Both the position numbers and the translations under genes were made by a program. A stretch of 64,000 bases of DNA from Microthrixaceae bacterium (lineage in GTDB: Bacteria; Actinomycetota; Acidimicrobiia; Acidimicrobiales; Microtrichaceae): positions 2,024 through 66,023 of the forward strand of contig JBARXY010000008.1 in NCBI GenBank assembly GCA_049647585.1, given 5' to 3'. Of the stretch, positions 1 through 6,441 are shown in pieces (positions within the stretch are counted from its first letter, which is position 1; the number at the start of each line of letters is the position of its first letter). Below the pieces are notes generated by a model. It did no database searches. It had not been told where the DNA came from and saw only the letters and a list, made by a program, of their open reading frames with translations.

Positions 1-2
1 AG

Positions 3-224
3 CCTGGTGCATTGGTTCGAGATCTTGTGTCATTTCTCGAGTCTCCGTTGACCTACGATCAGGAGGAGGGACTATGGCGCTCAGCGGATTTGGAGGGACT
101 GTGGTTCGAAGTCGCCCGACCCGCAGAAGCAGGTGAGGACCCGATCGAACCGCCCTATGTTCCCGAACAATATGACATCACTAGGCCCGAGTCGGCACTC
201 GTAAGACGAGTATTCGTGCAATGA
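3..224 (+). CDS. 3' end of a hypothetical protein gene entering from upstream of the window
   Basis: The frame is open from base 3 to TGA at 222-224. The stop overlaps the ATG of the next gene (ATGA at 221-224). No recognisable motif. An immunity-type protein is possible given the Rhs fragment directly downstream, but this is unproven. Confidence 0.35.
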   Translation, partial: PGALVRDLVSFLESPLTYDQEEGLWRSADLEGLWFEVARPAEAGEDPIEPPYVPEQYDITRPESALVRRVFVQ

Positions 225-1507
225 CGGAACGCCGGTCGTCTGGAGTCGGTGTCAAGCGACCCGGTGAGTTCGGTCGCCGGGCTTCGACGGTCGTGTCCGG
301 CGGTGAGGGTGCCAGACGGTGGGGTGAGACACTCGGGTTCGACGACGACGGAAATGTGACGTCGCGGTCGACAACGGTCGGGGACCCGGCGGCTGGTGGC
401 GTGGCGGGTTCTGTGTTGTACGCGTATGACCGGGCCGGGCGTCTCACCTCTGAAACCAGTGGTGGCTCGACTGTGGCGTTCGGTTGGGACGGGGCGGGTA
501 ACAGGGTGTCTGTCACGTCACCGGACGGCCAACAAACCGGGTTTAGCGTGGATGAGCGTAACCGCACGACCGGTTCCACCGACGGGGTGTCCTATGGGTG
601 GGATCAGGCGGGGGACCGGGTGTCGGTAACCGACCCTGACGGTGCGGTGACCGCTACCGGTTATGACGCGTTGGGCCGCCCCGTCGAGGTCGACACCAAC
701 TCTGGTGGCGTGTCGACCCAAGTGTCGTATGGCTGGGATGGTGGCGGGCGTCTCGCCACACGGAACATGACTGTCGACGGCAACACCGTGGCGGACGCCA
801 ACTTGGGTTACGAGACACCTGACAGCTGGGACCCCGTCGTGGTGTCGGACACTCTTCAGGTTGGTACTGGGCCTGATGGTGGCCAGGTGTCGTTGGGGAA
901 TTCGGTTACGACCACCAATTTCCATGGTGACCTCGCAGCGGCTACCGATACCGACGGGTCGGTGTACACCCAGTCGTTCGACACTTTCGGCCAGAACACA
1001 GGCCCGACCCAGGGAATGTTTGGGTTCCAGTCCGATCTGACTGAACCCGTTGACGGGTTGGTGTGGATGGGCGCACGTTTCTACGACCCGACCACCGCCT
1101 CGTTCACAAGTCGCGACACCTACCCCGGCGACGTGACTGACCCGATCACCCTGAACCGGTATTTGTACGCCAACGCGAACCCGACCAGCAACCATGATCC
1201 CGACGGACATATGGGTGTCAAACTCACCGCCGAAGACCGGATCCGGGCGAACATCATGGAAGGGCCTGTACAAACCCAGGCGTTGGCGATGTACACAGCC
1301 CTAGGCGTGGCTCGTTTGTTCATGCTCACCGACGCTGGAGTCGTACTCGCCGAAGCTGCGATAGCCACACGAACCCCGATCGTCGCTTCCGTACCGTTAA
1401 TCACCATAACAATCGCAACAGTCACTCTCTTCGCGTTGTCGATGACCGTGCTCGAATGGGAGGGGCACACATTCCGCGACACGGTCACGGGGGCTTGTTC
1501 AAGCTGA
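221..1507 (+). CDS. Rhs/YD-repeat protein fragment (orphan-like toxin tip) with a hydrophobic C-terminal domain
   Basis: YD repeats are present (YAYDRAGRLTSE, FGWDGAGNRVSV, YGWDQAGDRVSV, YDALGRPVEV, YGWDGGGRLATR). The Rhs core-end signature is ARFYDPTTASFTSRDTY...LNRYLYANANPTSNHDPDGH, followed by a 98-aa tail. At 428 aa it is far shorter than a full Rhs protein. Confidence 0.85.
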   Translation: MTERRSSGVGVKRPGEFGRRASTVVSGGEGARRWGETLGFDDDGNVTSRSTTVGDPAAGGVAGSVLYAYDRAGRLTSETSGGSTVAFGWDGAGNRVSVTSPDGQQTGFSVDERNRTTGSTDGVSYGWDQAGDRVSVTDPDGAVTATGYDALGRPVEVDTNSGGVSTQVSYGWDGGGRLATRNMTVDGNTVADANLGYETPDSWDPVVVSDTLQVGTGPDGGQVSLGNSVTTTNFHGDLAAATDTDGSVYTQSFDTFGQNTGPTQGMFGFQSDLTEPVDGLVWMGARFYDPTTASFTSRDTYPGDVTDPITLNRYLYANANPTSNHDPDGHMGVKLTAEDRIRANIMEGPVQTQALAMYTALGVARLFMLTDAGVVLAEAAIATRTPIVASVPLITITIATVTLFALSMTVLEWEGHTFRDTVTGACSS

Positions 1508-1514
1508 ACCCAAG

Positions 1515-2027
1515 GTGAAACCGAGAGAAAGTGACTCTGAAAAGTCGGGAACAGAGGACTCTACCGAGAAGTTTGAGCAGCCCGAGGGTCGCGGCGTCAT
1601 CATAGATAATGGCGGCGGTGATTGTAATGCCGATGTGGGTGACATCGGATCGTATAAAGAAATGGCAGCAAAGAATAAAGGTACCGGGATGCTCTGCAAT
1701 GCACACCATATAATCCAGGACGCAGCCGCTAAAGGAACGTCAACAGGTGCAAACGGGTTCGCCTATAGCTCGAGTAAGGCCCCGGCAATCATAATGACGG
1801 TCGCGAACCACACTATAGCTACGGCGTGGCAGAATGGCTCAGATGAATGCTCCGGAACTTATGGGGGTGAATACGAGCTTGCTGAAGGAGCGCTGATGGC
1901 TTCTGGCATGTCGGCCTACAAAGCTACGGCTTTGGAAGCTGTCCGGACATATTTCGAGGTGGAACTTGGTTGGACTGCTTCCACGAGGACCAAAGTTCCA
2001 AACAGTAGGCGTAACTGTAAAGGTTAA
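1515..2027 (+). CDS. putative HNH/EndoVII-fold nuclease toxin domain protein (AHH-like motif)
   Basis: The motif CNAHHIIQDAAAKG...APAIIMTVANHTIATAWQ resembles the AHH-type toxin nucleases of polymorphic toxin systems. The ORF starts (GTG) 8 nt after the Rhs stop and lies in visibly lower-G+C DNA. There is no good RBS spacing, so independent translation is uncertain. Confidence 0.5.
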   Translation: MKPRESDSEKSGTEDSTEKFEQPEGRGVIIDNGGGDCNADVGDIGSYKEMAAKNKGTGMLCNAHHIIQDAAAKGTSTGANGFAYSSSKAPAIIMTVANHTIATAWQNGSDECSGTYGGEYELAEGALMASGMSAYKATALEAVRTYFEVELGWTASTRTKVPNSRRNCKG

Positions 2028-2044
2028 GAACAAGGCAGGTTGAA

Positions 2045-3214
2045 ATGTCTGAAGGTAAATTCGTTGATCCAGAGGCCATGTCCTCCTATCTGAGGAGGAA
2101 GCTTATGGGGTGTTCACGTTCGTTAGCGAATGGAAGTGCTAACGCAGCATTGTTTGTTGTTGAGGATCGTTTGGAGGTGGTTGCGGGGGATTATTTTGTG
2201 TCGTCTCCGGAGGTGGTGGAGGAGTTCTGGCCGGGCTGGTTGGACAGTCTCGGTTTTGAGATAGGGGTTGGCCCGTTCTGGTCGTTCGCTGATTTCACTG
2301 TGGTGGGGACCGACGAGTCGCACGTCTATCGCGGGGCGTTCCCGTTGTGGAACTCTGATCTGGAGATATCCGACGCCACTTTGACCTTCCGAGTCCACTT
2401 TTCAGGTGACTTCCACCGAAATGAGTTTGGTGCGACTGGTCTGTTGGTTGGTGGGTTACGGCGGGGGCAGGTTGTTCGGGGTGTTGGTTTGGTGGAGGAG
2501 TGTCTTGTCTCGGGCGAGTTTGGACGGCTTTCCGGCGCGGGTGTCGAAGATCTTGTGGGTCTGGTGGCAGGTTGGGGTGGGGTGATGACTGCCCCGCAGC
2601 GTCGTTGGAACCATCTGGATGTGGTGTTGCGTTCCGAGTCGGACTGGCAGGTTGGTGTAGTCATGCCCCTGTGGCGCACCGACGGAACTCCTGGTGATCG
2701 AGGAGTCCGGTTAGGGTTGAGCACTGCCGACGACGGGACGTTGTTGGTAGATGTGGAGGCCGTAGTGGACGTGGATCCACAGTCATTCGACCTGGTGGAG
2801 CCGCTTCCCGTGGGCGAGATTTCTGGGCCGCTCCCACCGGAGTTGGCCGAGGACCCGTTGCCCGAGCCGTGGCGTCCCGGGGTGTTGGCCGTGATCGAAC
2901 GGGTATTGGCCCGAGATTTTCAAGGCCTGATCGATGACGGAACGGTACGGACTGTCTATCCGGAATCGACAGTAATCCCAGGGCTGGCATGGAGTTTCGA
3001 AGCGTATGCCGTTAACCCGAGTCCTGTTGTTTCGCCGCCAGGTGAGTGGTGGCGTTACTGCGAGGTATTCGGGGACGGGCCTGGAACTGGTTGGAACGCC
3101 GTGGATGTCCCAATGTGGGAATCAAACGGTGGCAGCGAACTGACAATGCATTTCGAGATCTACGACCTAGGCGACCACCCCGAGATCTACCTCAACCTCA
3201 TAGAGGTCATGTGA
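2045..3214 (+). CDS. hypothetical protein, candidate immunity protein (three internal repeats)
   Basis: The 389-aa ORF lies 18 nt downstream of the nuclease-like ORF. A motif recurs three times: GAFPLWNSDLEISDATLTFRVHF (aa 98-119), VVMPLWRTDGTPGDRGVRLGLS (aa 205-226) and VDVPMWESNGGSELTMHFEIYD (aa 353-374). No catalytic motif was seen. Confidence 0.6.
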   Translation: MSEGKFVDPEAMSSYLRRKLMGCSRSLANGSANAALFVVEDRLEVVAGDYFVSSPEVVEEFWPGWLDSLGFEIGVGPFWSFADFTVVGTDESHVYRGAFPLWNSDLEISDATLTFRVHFSGDFHRNEFGATGLLVGGLRRGQVVRGVGLVEECLVSGEFGRLSGAGVEDLVGLVAGWGGVMTAPQRRWNHLDVVLRSESDWQVGVVMPLWRTDGTPGDRGVRLGLSTADDGTLLVDVEAVVDVDPQSFDLVEPLPVGEISGPLPPELAEDPLPEPWRPGVLAVIERVLARDFQGLIDDGTVRTVYPESTVIPGLAWSFEAYAVNPSPVVSPPGEWWRYCEVFGDGPGTGWNAVDVPMWESNGGSELTMHFEIYDLGDHPEIYLNLIEVM

Positions 3215-3435
3215 ACACCACCAAAACACGGGACTGATGCACGACTGTGTGACAGGTTGGGTTTGGGGTCAGTGAGCCCACGAGTCGTCGGCTTCTCCGG
3301 CCTGATCTCCTTCGGCATAACTCCACACTCGTTGCAAAGCCCAAGAACCTCGAACAGTCCGGTGCGATTGATAAAGACAAGTCGCTATCGGTGACTTCAT
3401 TTGCGGCCGACAGGACCGAATTACAATTGCTTCGG

Positions 3436-3636
3436 CTATTCCACGACCAGGTCCCAGCGGTCGAGACAATCGACGCAGCGGTACGCCACGAAGTCACCTG
3501 CCCGGAACCCGACCTGGCCCGATTCATCCTCGAACGGAGTGGTCAGCAGATGGCAGGTTCCACCGCAGTCGACACAGATGATCGATTCGGGCACGTAGGG
3601 CTGGTCCGCTGCAGTTGGTTCTTCGTCGTCGTTCAA
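3436..3636 (-). CDS. small zinc-ribbon protein
   Basis: 66 aa with two CxxC pairs (CVDCGGTC ... CVDCLDRW). It sits directly downstream of the metallophosphoesterase gene on the same strand. Confidence 0.6.
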   Translation of the reverse strand: MNDDEEPTAADQPYVPESIICVDCGGTCHLLTTPFEDESGQVGFRAGDFVAYRCVDCLDRWDLVVE

Positions 3637-3700
3637 TGCTGTGTCCTCATCTGTGTCCTCACGATTGTTGTGACGGTCGTTCCCGTGCGAAGGCTGGAGC

Positions 3701-5344
3701 TCAGGGGCCGTCGGTGGAAGTCGGGGCGGGCGTGGTGCTCGAAGTAGAAGTCGTGGTCGAACTTGAAGTCGTCGTAGTGCTTGTCACCGCGTCCAGTCCG
3801 TCGGGATCCTCTTCCTCCATCTGCTCGCGCGACGGCTCGTCGACATCAGTGTCCGGAAGGTCATCGGCGGTATCGGTCTCGTCGCTGTCGATCAGGCGTC
3901 GCTGAAGGGTGAAGTCACCCGATGCGCCATCGAGGGTGATCTCATCGACCGCGACCAGCGTGCCTCGGAGGAATCGCAGGATCTCGAACCGGTATTCACC
4001 CTTGTCCTCCACCAGCAGATTCCCCAGGCCCGTGGCGCCCGACGATCCGACTATGGCGACGACTGTGCCATCGATTACCTCGAGCTTCGTCTGGTGCAGG
4101 TGACCTGCTGCGGCCGCCGGGACCTTGCCCAGAATCGGGCGGAGCTGCACCGGGTTGTGAACCATGACCAGATCGGGCTTGTCCGTCTCGACCAGCCTCT
4201 CGGTCGACTTGAACTGCGCCCGGTAGGTGCTGTCGATCTCATCCTTGGGGATGGTCCGCAGCGCCGTGACAGTGGGGTCCCCGATTCCCAGGATCTTCAC
4301 ATCGCCCACCGTTGCGGTGTCGCCGTCCAGATAGATGACGGCGTCAGATCCGGCGAGGTGACGGCGGACAGACTCGCTGTCGTGATTGCCCGCTACCAGG
4401 TAGTAGGGCATGGCGAAACCTTCGAGGGTCTCGACGAAGTTGGCCTCTGGTTCGAACCCGAACGACGTGATGTCCCCGGTGTCGATGACGGCGTCGACCT
4501 CGAAGCGGTTCGCCAGGTCTCTGGCTAGGGACAGGCCGATCGAGTTCAGGTGAAGGTCAGAGACGTGCAGCAGCGAGACCTCGCCGTCGGACCGGGAGAT
4601 CTCGTTTGTCGTCGCAGCTGAATAGAGGCCAGTGATCTTGGCGGCCAGCACATCGGTGCGAGAGCTGACCGAGCCAAAGCGCGTGTCCAGACTTCCAACC
4701 TTCGCGAACAAGGTCTGGGCGGACCCGAGGGGACCGCTGAGCTCCGGGTTCTTCTCCAATTGCTCGACGTCGTATCCCAGTGCCGCGGGAGCGACCAGAG
4801 CAGTCACCAACACGGGTGCCAGCAGCGCCGCGACACCCATGCGGGCGAAGGACCGTCGACCTGGAAACACCGCTGCAGCACCGATGCCGACCAACAGCGA
4901 AGTCGCCGCGAGTACGAGGGACACATGCACGATCGCTCCGCTCAGGTCGTCCCGTACCTCGGCCTCGATCCCATCGATTCCCGGTTGGTTCGACGGGTCG
5001 ATGGCGTCGAGCAGGTCGACCTCACGCAGCTCGAACCCGAGTCGAACAGGTGCGGTATGGGTTCTGGCGCTCAACGATCCGAGGGGAGGGACCGCCAACT
5101 CGGTTGTTCCGTGCAACGCGGGTGCGATGCTCGCTGCGAAGGTACCCGGACCGAGCTTCGCTTCGGAGCGGAACACGAGTGGAACAACTACGAGCGTGGC
5201 GATGACGACCCAGAGAACGAACGCGACCCTGGACCTGCCGATGGCCCCAACCAGGCGTGGAGCGCGGGACGGCGTCGCCGGCTCAAGGGCCGGCTCGTCG
5301 GGCGTTGCTGATTCGACGGGGGAGTGTTCGCCCGGCCCGCTCAC
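3701..5344 (-). CDS. membrane-anchored metallophosphoesterase (calcineurin-like)
   Basis: Motifs: LLHVSDLHLN, VIDTGDITSFG, LVAGNHDS, MVHNP, GHLHQ. The N-terminus has TM segments and the C-terminus is an acidic and Ser/Thr-rich tail. Confidence 0.85.
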   Translation of the reverse strand: MSGPGEHSPVESATPDEPALEPATPSRAPRLVGAIGRSRVAFVLWVVIATLVVVPLVFRSEAKLGPGTFAASIAPALHGTTELAVPPLGSLSARTHTAPVRLGFELREVDLLDAIDPSNQPGIDGIEAEVRDDLSGAIVHVSLVLAATSLLVGIGAAAVFPGRRSFARMGVAALLAPVLVTALVAPAALGYDVEQLEKNPELSGPLGSAQTLFAKVGSLDTRFGSVSSRTDVLAAKITGLYSAATTNEISRSDGEVSLLHVSDLHLNSIGLSLARDLANRFEVDAVIDTGDITSFGFEPEANFVETLEGFAMPYYLVAGNHDSESVRRHLAGSDAVIYLDGDTATVGDVKILGIGDPTVTALRTIPKDEIDSTYRAQFKSTERLVETDKPDLVMVHNPVQLRPILGKVPAAAAGHLHQTKLEVIDGTVVAIVGSSGATGLGNLLVEDKGEYRFEILRFLRGTLVAVDEITLDGASGDFTLQRRLIDSDETDTADDLPDTDVDEPSREQMEEEDPDGLDAVTSTTTTSSSTTTSTSSTTPAPTSTDGP

Positions 5345-6135
5345 TCGTCCCTCTCATAACGCCAGACGGAGTCCATCGAGAGTCGGTGACGAACTCCTGG
5401 CGCATGGACATCTCCGGAGTCATAACCGGCGTCGCCGTGGTACATCGCGATCATCATCTCGCCGACGAAGTCGAAATGGGTCTCGAAATGCTCGACCGGA
5501 TGCGTTCGGGCGGCCTTGAGGAGGGACTCGACCTCTGCGAAGCGCAGCAGTTGGCACAGCGTGATGTATGTCGGAGGAGTAAGCCCCAGTAGCCCCTCGT
5601 CGCGATGGGTGATCACCTCAGCTGGACTCTTCCAGACGAATTCTCGGATCTCTCCGTTGTCGATCGTCACCGTCGAATCAACGGCATCGAGTTGGGCGAC
5701 ATAGAAAGCGGTGGTGAACCGCCTCGGTGCCTGTGCCGGAGCCGTCCAGTGGGACCATCGGATCAAGGCCTCGGGCGGGAGCACCAGGCCGGTTTCCTCG
5801 CGCGTCTCGCGCAGAGCGGCCTGTCTGGAGGCAAGTTCCATTGCTGCTGCGGCGTCGCTTCCTGCTGCCGCGTCGTCGCGTCCTACTGAGTCATCGCTTC
5901 CCGCAGCGGTATCTGAGTCGTGGCTTCCCGAGGTGGCATCCGGGTAGTCGCCGGAGTCCAGCCGACCTCCGGGAAACACCCACATTCCTCCCGCAAACGC
6001 GAGCTTTCCGTCGCGACGCAACATCAGGGTTTCGACGCCGACGGGGCCGTCCCGAAGGACAACGACGGTTGCTGCCGGGATTGCTTCCGGGACCCAGAAA
6101 TCCCTGAATTCAGAATCTTCGTTCCCGGTCACCAC
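5341..6135 (-). CDS. NUDIX hydrolase
   Basis: The Nudix box elements are GGMWVFPGGRLDSGD ... ALRETREETGL, with a low-complexity insertion between them. There is a 4-nt overlap with the downstream phosphoesterase gene. Confidence 0.8.
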   Translation of the reverse strand: MVTGNEDSEFRDFWVPEAIPAATVVVLRDGPVGVETLMLRRDGKLAFAGGMWVFPGGRLDSGDYPDATSGSHDSDTAAGSDDSVGRDDAAAGSDAAAAMELASRQAALRETREETGLVLPPEALIRWSHWTAPAQAPRRFTTAFYVAQLDAVDSTVTIDNGEIREFVWKSPAEVITHRDEGLLGLTPPTYITLCQLLRFAEVESLLKAARTHPVEHFETHFDFVGEMMIAMYHGDAGYDSGDVHAPGVRHRLSMDSVWRYERDE

Positions 6136-6271
6136 GATTGAACGGTAATCGCTAGCGGTGGACCGATCTGCTCACGGTCCTGTTCCTCTGTGTCGAAATT
6201 CACAGAGGGTGGTCGATCCCGCAACAGTCCGCGCGATTTCCAAAAGATTGTGGAACTTGACCCCAATAGCG

Positions 6272-6301
6272 TTGACAAGGACGTAACTACGTGACTGTAA
6301 T
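6272..6301 (+). promoter_or_regulatory. candidate sigma-A type promoter of nrdAB
   Basis: TTGACA (6272-6277), an 18-nt spacer, then TGTAAT (6296-6301). This is read directly in the otherwise GC-rich intergenic DNA upstream of nrdA. Confidence 0.45.
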
Positions 6302-6314
6302 TACAGGCCTGAAC

Positions 6315-6361
6315 CCCCACATCTTGGGGTCGGGGGCGCAAATGGTCCCTATATGTGGGGA
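6315..6361 (+). promoter_or_regulatory. two candidate NrdR boxes (tandem)
   Basis: CCCCACATCTTGGGGT (6315-6330) and TCCCTATATGTGGGGA (6346-6361) are both partial palindromes. The second fits the published NrdR-box consensus acaCwAtATaTwGtgt well. Their centres are 31 bp apart, the spacing typical of tandem NrdR boxes, and they lie just downstream of the promoter. Confidence 0.5.
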
Positions 6362-6441
6362 TTTGCAGAGTTATGAGCAGCGGACGAATCACGGTGACGG
6401 ATCTGGATCCGCCATCGGGTGCGAGAGGAAACGGCAAGAAG

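Noticed and set aside
4632-5519. 295-aa plus-strand ORF (and nested ORFs at 4760-5311 and 4780-5205) opposite the metallophosphoesterase gene
   Set aside because: This is an antisense shadow ORF typical of high-G+C DNA. Its composition is Arg/Ser/Pro/Ala-rich with no motifs, while the opposite strand carries clear phosphoesterase motifs.
6136-6354. Cobalamin riboswitch upstream of nrdA (known for some actinobacterial class I RNR operons)
   Set aside because: No B12-box-like sequence and no extended conserved helices were seen by eye. The region is better explained by a promoter plus NrdR boxes. A covariance-model scan would be decisive.
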